Shown: one piece after another, positions 1 through 9,421 of the stretch | Numbering within the stretch: the first letter of the stretch is position 1 | Layout of the letters: every line of letters starts with the position of its first letter | Assembly: GCA_965204745.1 (NCBI GenBank) | Contig: OZ242010.1 | Span: forward strand, 544,001 to 608,000 | Source of the DNA: Candidatus Latescibacterota bacterium | GTDB lineage: Bacteria; Latescibacterota; UBA2968 | DNA length: 64,000 nt | Reading direction: 5' to 3' | Made by a program: the position numbers and the translations under genes | The notes under the pieces: generated by a model | Database searches by the model: none | What the model was told of the DNA's origin: nothing | What the model saw: the letters and a program-made list of their open reading frames with translations, nothing else

Positions 1-467
1 AGACCGCGTCCCTGCTCGCGCTCTCTTGCGAATTGGGCGCGCTGTTGGGCAATGGGTCGCCGGATCAGGTCGCGCGCATGGCGGCCTTTGGCAGCGAAAT
101 TGGCGTGGCCTATCAAATTACCGATGATGTGCTCGACCTGATCGGCAGCCCGACCGATCTGGGCAAGCCCACGGGAAATGATCTGCGCGAAAAAAAATTG
201 ACCTTGCCCCTCATTCGCGCGCTGGCAAATTGCGAAAATGGCGAAGCCACGCACATTCGCACCAAAGTGCTCAATGGCGTGGAAACCGACGGGGATTGGC
301 GAGAAGTCATTCGCTTTGTCCAACGGTATCGGGGCGTGGAAACCGCGCGAGAAGAAGCGCGTTCCCATGCCCAATCCGCACTCAAAAACCTCGATGTCCT
401 GCACACCTCGCGGGCGCGAGACGCGCTCATGTTGGCCGTTCAACACGTCGTTGAGCGCGACCGATAA
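1..467 (+). CDS. Polyprenyl diphosphate synthase, C-terminal part (5' end outside window)
   Basis: Second Asp-rich motif YQITDDVLD and GKPTGNDLREKKLTLP, typical of trans-isoprenyl diphosphate synthases. Confidence 0.9.
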   Translation, partial: TASLLALSCELGALLGNGSPDQVARMAAFGSEIGVAYQITDDVLDLIGSPTDLGKPTGNDLREKKLTLPLIRALANCENGEATHIRTKVLNGVETDGDWREVIRFVQRYRGVETAREEARSHAQSALKNLDVLHTSRARDALMLAVQHVVERDR

Positions 468-486
468 CCCCAACTGGAGTCCTGAG

Positions 487-3015
487 ATGACCCGAGAAAA
501 CTGGCGTTTGTTGACCATCGGTGCGACGATTGTGCTCGCGCTTTTTTATCTTTATCCCACGTACCAATTTTACTACGCGCCGCCCGAAAATTTGGATCGG
601 CGCGCGCGCGTCAAGCAACAGGCCATCAACCTGGGGCTGGACTTGCAAGGGGGCATCCACCTCGTGCTCGAAGTGGATCAAGCCGATCTTTCGGACGATG
701 AAAAAACCGACGTGGTGGCCCGCGCCCTCGAAGTGATTCGCAACCGCATCGACCAATTTGGCGTTTCCGAACCCATTATTCACCGCGAAGGCGATTGGCG
801 CATCGTGGTCGAATTGCCGGGCGTGCAAGACATCGAACGCGCCAAGGGCCTGATCGGCAAAACCGCGCGCCTCGAGTTCAAGATTCTCGAATCCGCCGAA
901 GACCGCGTGGGGATGATCGAGAAAATAGACGCGTACTTGGAGGCACAAGCGCCCGCTGACAGCGCAAAAACCGACGATCCGCTCTTGGGCCAAACCGCGG
1001 ACGACACCCCATCTCTTTCGCGGTACGTGCGCGCATTTGGGCGAGACTTCGTGGTTTTGGAAGACAATATTTTGACCGTGCGAGACATTTTGGATCGTCC
1101 GAGCGTGCAAAAGCTCACCCCGCCGGATGCCCAATTCCTGTGGGGGTCCAAGGTCGAGGAAATGGTCGATGGGCAACTCTATCGCGTGCTTTACTACGTC
1201 AAAAGGCGCGTGGAAATGACGGGCGAAATTCTCTCGGATGCGTCTGTCACCACCGGTCAGTCTTTTGAAAATGCCGGGCAGCCCATCGTGAATTTTACGA
1301 CCACCAGCCAGGGCGTGCGCCTGTTTGGCCGGGTCACGGGGGCGAACGTGGGCGAGCGCATGGCGATCATTCTCGACAATCAGGTCTATTCCGCGCCCAC
1401 CATCCGATCCAAAATCAGCCAGGGGTCGGGCATTATCGAAGGCACGGGCAACATTGACGAGGCTAAGGACCTCGCCATAGTCTTGCGCGCGGGGGCGTTG
1501 CCGGCCGATGTCCATATCGTCGAGGACCGCACGGTGGGGCCATCCCTTGGGCGCGATTCCGTCGAGCAGGGCAAAAATGCCGCTGCCATAGGCCTGGCCA
1601 TCGTGATCGTCTTTATGGTCATTTACTACGGCTTTTCCGGCTTGGTTGCAGACTTCGCGCTCGTGCTCAACCTCGTCTTTGTGATGGCGATTCTCGCGGC
1701 TTTTCAAGGCACGCTGACCCTGCCCGGCATTGCGGGAATCATTTTGACCATCGGTATGGCCGTGGATGCCAATGTGCTGATTCTCGAGCGCATCCGCGAG
1801 GAATTGCGCGCGGGCAAAACCGTGCGGGCGGCAATAGAGAACGGGTATGCGCGGGCCGTTCAGACGATAGTCGACGCCAACGTGACCACCATTATCACGG
1901 CTATCGTGCTCTATCAATACGGCACGGGTCCGATCAAGGGGTTCGCGCTGACGTTGATGATCGGGATCGTCTCGTCGATGTTCACCGCGATTTTTGTCAC
2001 GCGCACGATTTACGACGCGATTGTCTCGCGGCAGATCAACCCGAGTCTGAACATCGGGCGGTTGCGCGTTTTCGGCGATACCAATCTCGACTTTCTCGGG
2101 CTACGGCGCGGCGCGTTTGTGTTGTCCATCGCGTTCATTCTGGTCGGCATAGGCTCCGCGGTTGTCAAAGGCGGTTACAATCTGGGCATCGACTTTGCCG
2201 GTGGCACGTTGCTCGAGTTGCACTTTGACCCGGCAACGTCTGTGGGCGACATCCGCCAGTCATTGGGCGACGTGCGCGTTGGGGATCGCAGCGTGGATTT
2301 GCGAAACAGCGAGATCAAAGAGTTTGGGTCGCCCAACGACATTCTCATTCGCGTGGAGGAAGAGGCCGAGGGCACGGCTATCGCGGATGCGATAAAAACC
2401 CGGCTCAAATCCGATTTTGCCGGCAATATTCGAGATGCGACCGAGTGGTTGCGCCGGCAAGAAGCGGTTGGCCCCAAAATTGGCGAGGAACTCAAGACCA
2501 ACGCGGTCTATGCCATTCTCGTGTCGATGGTGCTCATCATCGCGTACGTGTGGTGGCGGTTTAGGCAGATCGAGTTTGGGGTCGCCGCCGTGATCGCCCT
2601 GTTCCACGATGTGATGATTACGCTGGGGATTTTCTCCCTTCTGGATCGGGAAATCTCCCTGGCCATCGTGGCGGCCTTGCTCACCATTGTGGGGTACTCC
2701 CTCAACGATACGATTGTGGTGTACGACCGCATTCGAGAAGATCTCAAATTGTATCGCCGCGAGACATTCGGCACGGTGATCAACCGCGCGATCAACGAAT
2801 GTCTCAACCGCACAGTGCTCACGTCGGGCACGACCATGCTGGTCGTTCTCTCCCTGATTTTCTTGGGCGGCGAGGTGATCCGCGACTTTGCGATTGCCCT
2901 GCTCATCGGCATTATCGTGGGTACGTACTCATCCGCTTTTGTGGCCTCGCCCATCGTGGTTGAATGGCACAACCGCCGCGAGGCAAAAGCGAGGCGAAAC
3001 CGAAGCGCGGCGTAG
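487..3015 (+). CDS. secDF: Protein translocase SecD-SecF fusion
   Basis: LGLDLQGG, RIDQFGVSEP, LRAGALP, GMAVDANVLILERIREE, GIDFAGG and GYSLNDTIVVYDRIRE motifs; ATG at 487 after GGAG. Confidence 0.97.
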   Translation: MTRENWRLLTIGATIVLALFYLYPTYQFYYAPPENLDRRARVKQQAINLGLDLQGGIHLVLEVDQADLSDDEKTDVVARALEVIRNRIDQFGVSEPIIHREGDWRIVVELPGVQDIERAKGLIGKTARLEFKILESAEDRVGMIEKIDAYLEAQAPADSAKTDDPLLGQTADDTPSLSRYVRAFGRDFVVLEDNILTVRDILDRPSVQKLTPPDAQFLWGSKVEEMVDGQLYRVLYYVKRRVEMTGEILSDASVTTGQSFENAGQPIVNFTTTSQGVRLFGRVTGANVGERMAIILDNQVYSAPTIRSKISQGSGIIEGTGNIDEAKDLAIVLRAGALPADVHIVEDRTVGPSLGRDSVEQGKNAAAIGLAIVIVFMVIYYGFSGLVADFALVLNLVFVMAILAAFQGTLTLPGIAGIILTIGMAVDANVLILERIREELRAGKTVRAAIENGYARAVQTIVDANVTTIITAIVLYQYGTGPIKGFALTLMIGIVSSMFTAIFVTRTIYDAIVSRQINPSLNIGRLRVFGDTNLDFLGLRRGAFVLSIAFILVGIGSAVVKGGYNLGIDFAGGTLLELHFDPATSVGDIRQSLGDVRVGDRSVDLRNSEIKEFGSPNDILIRVEEEAEGTAIADAIKTRLKSDFAGNIRDATEWLRRQEAVGPKIGEELKTNAVYAILVSMVLIIAYVWWRFRQIEFGVAAVIALFHDVMITLGIFSLLDREISLAIVAALLTIVGYSLNDTIVVYDRIREDLKLYRRETFGTVINRAINECLNRTVLTSGTTMLVVLSLIFLGGEVIRDFAIALLIGIIVGTYSSAFVASPIVVEWHNRREAKARRNRSAA

Positions 3016-3052
3016 GTTGGGCGAGCACCGCGCTCAATTCGCTCTCAAACAC

Positions 3053-3083
3053 AAAAAGCCGACGTTTGCACGTCGGCTTTTTT
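3053..3083. terminator. Bidirectional intrinsic terminator
   Basis: AAAAAGCCGACG-tttgca-CGTCGGCTTTTTT between convergent genes. Confidence 0.85.
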
Positions 3084-3369
3084 AGTTGGAAGAATTTTTC
3101 TCCAAGTCACACATCGCGTATGTGTCGCCCAGTTCAAAGGGCTTTCAGAACAGCCCTCAGAATGCACACCTCTTTTTGAGACATGTCATCCATCTTGGAG
3201 AAATAGGCCGGGTAACTCTCTTGTCCCGCATTGTGTTCGACCACGACGATAGCGATGCCCTTTCCGTTGCCCTCTGACAGACATCGAATAAACGCTGTTT
3301 GATTTGCGCGTCTGTTGTGCCCAGGCTCAGGTTGATGATAGGGCAAGAGAGGCTTTGACTTTGCTACGC

Positions 3370-4017
3370 TCAGTCCGAATCAGATTTTTGGCGTGCGCCT
3401 TTCTCAACAATCGAATTAAAAAAAATATTTGCGAACATCATTCCTAAAAATAAAACGTTCAACGCAGATAGAATAGCAGTCGAAAGCCTTATATGAGGCG
3501 CACTCAACATCCATAAGCCGTGTAACACGGCAACAAAAAAGATAAAAATCGCGCTCTTCCAATACCGAAACCCCAACAGCGTGCCGCAATTTTTACAAGG
3601 CCATGTTTGACAAAAAAGCGTATTCCCCCTATGGCGCAACCCAACGAGATGCCCACACTTGGGACACGCAGAAATGTTTTTCATAACTCTTGGTGTATAT
3701 TCGGTAGCCGACTTCTCAACAATTAAAAAAAGAAAAATGCTCACTAAGAGATCGAAAAAAATAATGCTTGCGACAAATAGACCCATCTGGAAAGGCGTTA
3801 AGGGCCTAAGCAAAAAATACAAGAATGCGGCACACACAAGGAGCAAAAGGTTCAAAATCAGGCGTTGCCGAGGATTAACTTCCAATAGAGCACCACAATT
3901 TTTACAAGGCCAGTGACGACCAAAAATGCTACCAGCCCTCCATTTGTGCCACCCCCATCCCCCAACGGAATGTCCACACTTTGGACATGTGTAAATGCTT
4001 TTTATTTTTCTCGGCAT
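3370..4017 (-). CDS. Membrane protein with two tandem CxxC-(19-23)-CxxC zinc-ribbon plus 2-TM units (Cxxc_20_cxxc-like)
   Basis: CPKC-23-CKNC plus hydrophobic hairpin, then CPKC-19-CKNC plus hydrophobic hairpin; ATG 4017 with GGAG. Confidence 0.75.
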   Translation of the reverse strand: MPRKIKSIYTCPKCGHSVGGWGWHKWRAGSIFGRHWPCKNCGALLEVNPRQRLILNLLLLVCAAFLYFLLRPLTPFQMGLFVASIIFFDLLVSIFLFLIVEKSATEYTPRVMKNISACPKCGHLVGLRHRGNTLFCQTWPCKNCGTLLGFRYWKSAIFIFFVAVLHGLWMLSAPHIRLSTAILSALNVLFLGMMFANIFFNSIVEKGARQKSDSD

Positions 4018-4036
4018 ATCGTTGACTCCCAAACGC

Positions 4037-4250
4037 TCAGGCTGAATCAGATTTTTGACGGGTGCCTTTCTCAACAATCGGAATGACAAAAATTCTCGCT
4101 AAGTGGACCAAAAAGAAAGAGCCTATAATAAATAGATTCACATTCAAAATAGTTCTCCGAGGCTCAATCCATAAGTAGAGCAATATGGCAAACATAGGGA
4201 TCAAAATCAGGCTCTGCCAGTAGCTAAATCCCAAAATCGTACCGCAACTT
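4037..4250 (-). pseudogene. 5'-truncated third copy of the CxxC membrane unit
   Basis: SCGTILGFSYW...IVEKGTRQKSDSA matches NCGTLLGFRYW...IVEKGARQKSDSD; no start codon or first CPKC; abuts the ACP stop codon. Confidence 0.75.
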
Positions 4251-4514
4251 TCAGGTGGCAGTCGCGTCTTCAAGCGCGGTGCGGACATAATCGGTCATTG
4301 TTTTCACGCTATCGAACAGTTCCACACGCAAATCTTCATCGGGCACTTCAAGGCCAAATTCTTCTTCCAAGCCCACAATGATCTCGATCGTCGCCATTGA
4401 ATTGAGGCCTAAACCACCGCCAAAAAGCGCGTCTTCAGCACCGATTTCTTCTGGCGTCACTTCAAGAGACAAGGAGCGAATAATGACCTGCTTGACCCGA
4501 TGTTCAATGGACAT
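4251..4514 (-). CDS. Acyl carrier protein
   Basis: 87 aa, acidic; GLGLNSMATIEIIVGLEEEFG with the phosphopantetheine Ser retained. Confidence 0.9.
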   Translation of the reverse strand: MSIEHRVKQVIIRSLSLEVTPEEIGAEDALFGGGLGLNSMATIEIIVGLEEEFGLEVPDEDLRVELFDSVKTMTDYVRTALEDATAT

Positions 4515-4522
4515 AAGCCCTC

Positions 4523-6436
4523 CTATGGGATTGCTGCCGCTGGCTGAGCCTCTGAGAAATACTGAATCGCGGTTTCAACGAGACGCCGTTGACCCGTCTC
4601 GGACAGAATCTCTATCGCGGGCAATTGAAACGTGTCTTCCAATGTGTTCAGGTGGCGATCAATCTCGTGTCGTGCCATCTTTTTCGGGGTGATCATACTG
4701 CGCCCATACGCGGTTCGGATGTGCTTTTTGCGGTTGCCCATCGCCAGCAACAGGGTCGGGGCTTTGCACACGGCGCGTATCCCATCTATCGTATCGCGGA
4801 TGTACGCTGTCGCATCGATGCTGTTGACCACCAAAACGCAAGCATCCGGCTTTACGCCGAGCAAAAACGCCAGCGACGACAAACAATGCGTGCTGTGTTC
4901 TTGGACATCATAAGGTATCGTGCCCGATTGAGACCCCGTCAGGATGATGTCGGGCCGGCGGTGCTGGCAAATCTCGCGCATCTTGTAATCCAAATACGGC
5001 GCGTAGTGTTGAAAGGGAAGTTTGAGCGGAGAAGCATAGCCCATTGGAAAGGCGGCATCCATGCCAAATAAGCGCGCATGGTGCTCGGTGCCGATTTGCC
5101 CAACCTCATAGCCTTCTTGTTGCAAGCGCGCCCGCAACGCGAGTTGCAGGGTGAACTTGCCCTGTTGCGAACTCGTGCCCATCACCGCGAGCACGGGCAC
5201 ATCCACGGGCGGGAGTGCCTTGAAATTTTGAAGTGCCTGTGTGCGTTCTGTTTTGGAAATGTGCGGATAGGCCAAGCGCAGGCCCTTTTTGTCCGCCGTG
5301 TCATACAGATCGCCGTAAGCGGTTGGGTCAAGGGCTTGCAAACTGAACACATGGCAACCCGCATCCAGCGCCAATGCGATGTGTTCTCTGAGCAAATCGC
5401 GCTTGCGAACGCGGGAGAGTTGATCCACATAGCCCAAGATGAGCGTATCCGCATCTGCCATTGCGCGGCGGATATTTGGGCTGATACGCAGATTGGCAAC
5501 CGGCGCGTCGATCACTTTGCCCGCATCTTTGCCGCCCATCCCCTTGCCGAGGGGATCGCCGACGCCCACGATCTCAAAATCGAGCATCTCGCGATAGCGC
5601 ACCAAGCTGTGCATCTCTTTGTTGTACGGATACAGCGCGGCTTTTTTAATCCATGAATAATCCGCTTGAAAAACGTTTTGAGAGGCCGGGCGACTGGTCT
5701 TTGCCGTATTCTGGTTCTTCGGCATTCTTATGGCTTTTTCCTGTAACAATAACCGAATTTTTTGAACAGAAGAATTGGGGTGCTGGTTCAGCAAGCGCGC
5801 CACAATGCCCGCGATATGCGGCGCGGCAAAGCTATTGCCGCCGGTCATGATGTATTTTCCGTTGAGCCAGCAAACGCGCTGTTCATCGCCACGCGCCACG
5901 CATTCGATGTGCTGATCCTTGCGATAGTAAAATCCGTCTCGGTCATAAATCGCACCCCCCGTCACCCCAAGCACTTCGGGAAACACCGCCGGGTAACTCT
6001 CGCCCCCGTCATTGCTCTCTGCCGCCACGAGAATTATGCCCGCCTCGACCGCCTTGCGACACACGGCTTGAAGGGATCGCTTAAACGTCACATCCGTTGT
6101 GCCCAAGCTCAAATTCACGACATTCATCGCGTTGTCAATACACCACTGAATCGCCGCGATCAACGCCCGGCCATCTGCCATCAACGAGTCGTCAAAAATC
6201 CGCACGCCATACAACGCCGCGTCCGGTGCCTTCTTCCGAATAATCCCCGCGCACGCCGTGCCGTGCCCCGCACAATCGACATAATCATCTGACACCATTA
6301 CCTCGCCACCTTCACCCATCCGAATCCGAACCCCACCCGCAATATCCCCCACCCCCGAATGCGATGCGTCTATGCCACTGTCGATAATGGCAACCCGGAT
6401 GCGAGTGTGATTTGCTTTACCCATGACATTCTCCAA
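4523..6436 (-). CDS. S8 subtilisin-like peptidase fused to a C-terminal DUF1611/TIGR04066-like P-loop domain
   Basis: Catalytic triad IIDSG, GHGT, GNSFAAP; C-terminal LYPYNKEMHSLVRY and P-loop GTSSQQGKFT; no signal peptide. Start could be the ATG at 6424. Confidence 0.85.
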   Translation of the reverse strand: MENVMGKANHTRIRVAIIDSGIDASHSGVGDIAGGVRIRMGEGGEVMVSDDYVDCAGHGTACAGIIRKKAPDAALYGVRIFDDSLMADGRALIAAIQWCIDNAMNVVNLSLGTTDVTFKRSLQAVCRKAVEAGIILVAAESNDGGESYPAVFPEVLGVTGGAIYDRDGFYYRKDQHIECVARGDEQRVCWLNGKYIMTGGNSFAAPHIAGIVARLLNQHPNSSVQKIRLLLQEKAIRMPKNQNTAKTSRPASQNVFQADYSWIKKAALYPYNKEMHSLVRYREMLDFEIVGVGDPLGKGMGGKDAGKVIDAPVANLRISPNIRRAMADADTLILGYVDQLSRVRKRDLLREHIALALDAGCHVFSLQALDPTAYGDLYDTADKKGLRLAYPHISKTERTQALQNFKALPPVDVPVLAVMGTSSQQGKFTLQLALRARLQQEGYEVGQIGTEHHARLFGMDAAFPMGYASPLKLPFQHYAPYLDYKMREICQHRRPDIILTGSQSGTIPYDVQEHSTHCLSSLAFLLGVKPDACVLVVNSIDATAYIRDTIDGIRAVCKAPTLLLAMGNRKKHIRTAYGRSMITPKKMARHEIDRHLNTLEDTFQLPAIEILSETGQRRLVETAIQYFSEAQPAAAIP

Positions 6437-7141
6437 CTAATGCTGTGAATCCATAATTTTGCATTCCACATCAATGATTTCCTTTTTTTTCCAATCAACC
6501 AATACGCGCAATGTGTCATCAAACTTTCTTGGCTTCCAGCGATATTCAAAGACACTTAAGCCATTCACCTCAACAGCATCATACCCATAACTGCGTTCGT
6601 TCTGGAGGGTGCGAATATAATCATGGCGGGCAAAATAGGGTTGTGCATCTATATGCTTCACAATAGCTGGCAGATAATTTTCCATCAAAAGATTGGTGCC
6701 TGGTATTGCACGAAATCCATATCGTTTGTAGAGTGGAATCCCTTTTCGATTGAATGACCAAGTCGTAATTTCGATCCGTTTGCATTCAGATTCACAGGTG
6801 GTTCTCAAACACCTATCTGCCAGTGCAAGCCCAAAAACCCCGCGTTTCTGAAAGTCGGGATGGGTTTCTACATGAGAAAAAATGATCACATCTGGCTCAG
6901 ATTTCTTTTGGCTTATCTTCATGGATGAAATGATGCGGTGATTTCGCTTGAGTAAATAGATGACCGCGTGCTCTAAGTTGCTCAAATTCTCAATGATTTC
7001 TTCACAACTGGGTAGGCATTCAGGGTTTGGCTGTCTTTGAAACGCATTGGAAGACAAGGACCAATGTCGTGTCTGAATACCTCTTAGAAAGATAGCATAG
7101 TGGTGTAAATCGTTTTCGCTTAAGGGCTGAATGTGATACAT
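6437..7141 (-). CDS. GNAT-family acyltransferase
   Basis: Motif A VETHPDFQKRGV and motif B TWSFNRKGIPLYKRYGF. Confidence 0.85.
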   Translation of the reverse strand: MYHIQPLSENDLHHYAIFLRGIQTRHWSLSSNAFQRQPNPECLPSCEEIIENLSNLEHAVIYLLKRNHRIISSMKISQKKSEPDVIIFSHVETHPDFQKRGVFGLALADRCLRTTCESECKRIEITTWSFNRKGIPLYKRYGFRAIPGTNLLMENYLPAIVKHIDAQPYFARHDYIRTLQNERSYGYDAVEVNGLSVFEYRWKPRKFDDTLRVLVDWKKKEIIDVECKIMDSQH

Positions 7142-7168
7142 TTTTGTTCTCTTTGAGAAATTGAAAAA

Positions 7169-7908
7169 TCACTTGCTGACGATATAGCCGCCATACAGAA
7201 ATCCAATTAACGGTGCAATAGTGACATTGAAATTTATAGCCCCATGAAAAACCATACATAACAAAAGACTGCGTTTAGATTCGTAGAGATAAGTCAAGAA
7301 ACAGGAAAGTACAGCTAATAATATCAGGTGATGAAAAAATATGGACCAATAACCACCCGTAACCAAAAAATATAATTGTTCATGAAGACCGACGAAGACC
7401 AAAACAGTAATAATATAAGCCCTTACTCTTCCATATCTTGTCCTGATTGCCCCAAAAAATAAACCCCGAAAAAGAAGTTCTTCTCGAACTGGAGTCAATA
7501 TAACAAGTCCGAGAAGATCAAATAGACACTCAATAACAAAGCCTGGAGGCTGCGAACCAAAACCTACTGAAAAATACAAGGGTAAATTATATGCTGTTAG
7601 ACCTATACCTACATATATCCACAAGAAGAACACTTTTTTTGGGGAACTCCATAATATATCATCTTCCGCAACCCAAATTGTCCGAATCGGTAAAAAAAAG
7701 AAAAAATTAATAGAAGATTTATTCCTTCTACAACAACTTGCATAATCACATTAGATGACTGAACAATCCACCACACAATTTTGTTTTCTAGAAAAACAAA
7801 AAAACCCCAGATCAAACCTTTTGCCAAAGGCACATGGAGTGTTAAGGGCCAGTTCTCCTGCATAGATTCTACTTTGATAGATTCTTCCATTGAGGATCCT
7901 TGGGCCAT
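7169..7908 (-). pseudogene. CPBP (CAAX protease/Abi) intramembrane metalloprotease, frameshifted at an A7 tract
   Basis: EELLFRG, FVGLH and HGAIN motifs in ORF 7169-7633; N-terminus in ORF 7609-7908; one extra A at 7634-7640 would fuse them. Confidence 0.8.
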
Positions 7909-7927
7909 ATAAGCACTCCAATTCAGT

Positions 7928-8721
7928 TTAATCCGGTTTGTTGCTCAACATCTTAAAACTTTCGTCCATCAATAGAAATTCGAAAGCAGGCTCTTTGTAA
8001 ATTTTTTCTTTTAAAATGGGATCCCACCGGAGTGCTCTTTTTAAGGAATAAAGAGTTAGTTCTTTATTTTTTATACCCCCATATACACGAGATCGGTTAT
8101 ACCATGCATTACCATTTTGGGGATTTAGTTCAAGTGACCGATCTAACGCAACGATGGCTTTGGGTAATCTGCCTAACTCAAGAAGCAGAGCTCCTTTATT
8201 GTTCCAGGCATCAGAATATTTGGTGTCGAGTTCTAAAGCACGATCAAACGACTGGAGTGCTTTTTCCAATTCGCCCAGTTTCATCAAAACAGCACCTCGA
8301 TTATTCCATAATATAGATGCTCGAGGTAGTATTTGAAGTGCTTGATCATAAATTTCAAGTGCCGTTTTATATTGACCCAAACGTATGAGAATATCCCCTC
8401 TGTTTATCCAATAGGTCATATTTTCAGGATCGGCCTCTGTTGCACGTATATACATTTCAAGTGCGTCTTGATTTTTTTTTGCTGTTTGTAAATCAAACCA
8501 CATCTGAACCAGGCAACCGCATTTTGGGGATTTAACTCAACTGTTTGACGATAGACTTTCAGAGCTTCTTCAAATGCACGAATCCGCCAAAACTTATTTC
8601 CCTTCTCAAACAAAATTTGGGATTGTTCAAGAGATTTATACGGTTGAAAAATAAAATTCGTAAAATAATAGAAAACAACGGCATATACAAAGGGAAGGCA
8701 CAATAGCAAAAACTTTTTCAT
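7928..8721 (-). pseudogene. Membrane-anchored TPR protein, frameshifted at an A9 tract
   Basis: N-terminal TM plus first TPR in 8416-8721; further TPRs (WINRG, WNNRG, WNNKG, WYNRS) in 7928-8503; one extra A at 8472-8480 restores the frame. Confidence 0.85.
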
Positions 8722-8949
8722 CGCAACATTCTCCTATCCATACGGGCAAAAAAATAAAATATTTATTTAGTATGAGATCAGCGCGCTGAGAATGTTGAAA
8801 TGTATTGAAAAGAGCCTTCGGGGGCTGAGAAAAGTGTTCACAGGTTTTCAAGTTACCCAAAGAAAGGGGCAACGAAATACAGTTTGGGCAAAAACTCGTG
8901 AACAATTCACAATGCGCGGATCGTCAAAATTTAACGTTACCCTCCCAGA

Positions 8950-9366
8950 TTAATGGGTACGTTTTCTGCCGAGATTATCATACTCTTCCTGATTAGGCAC
9001 AATATAACCCGGAGGAGGATGAACACTGCTTTCTACCTCTCCACCTCGAGCTATAGCTGTCTCTATAGTCACCACTGTATTAGTGAAGGGAATTGGGAAA
9101 CTGTAAGTCAGGAATAGACTATCATCTGTGACACCAATTGGCGATCTGGCTTCGATTCTACCGGTTGTACGTCCACCTGGAAAATGCAAGGTACCTTCAA
9201 ATCCCCTAGGTGTCATCCCATGCGACACACCAGTCGAAGTTGAGTCAGCATTGACAGCCTTCTCAGCATCAGCCTGTGCATCAGGGTCTTCTTCCTCGCC
9301 AGAATAGGCAATAACACTTTCCAGATTGCCCATCCGTTGAGGTTTGTACAACTTTCTGATTTCCAT
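8950..9366 (-). CDS. Putative exported precursor A (138 aa) with conserved leader
   Basis: AAGGAG RBS, ATG 9366; MEIRKLYKPQRMGNLESVIAYSG...ADSTS shared with precursor B; directly after the ABC exporter. Confidence 0.75.
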   Translation of the reverse strand: MEIRKLYKPQRMGNLESVIAYSGEEEDPDAQADAEKAVNADSTSTGVSHGMTPRGFEGTLHFPGGRTTGRIEARSPIGVTDDSLFLTYSFPIPFTNTVVTIETAIARGGEVESSVHPPPGYIVPNQEEYDNLGRKRTH

Positions 9367-9421
9367 TGTGTTTCTCCTTTCGAAAAGAATGAATGTACAG
9401 CCCCCGAAGGCCAAATTCATA

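Noticed and set aside
3134-3355. Degenerate ABC-ATPase C-terminal fragment (IAIVVVEHN resembles an H-loop)
   Set aside because: No intact Walker B or signature motif. The similarity is too short to support without a search.
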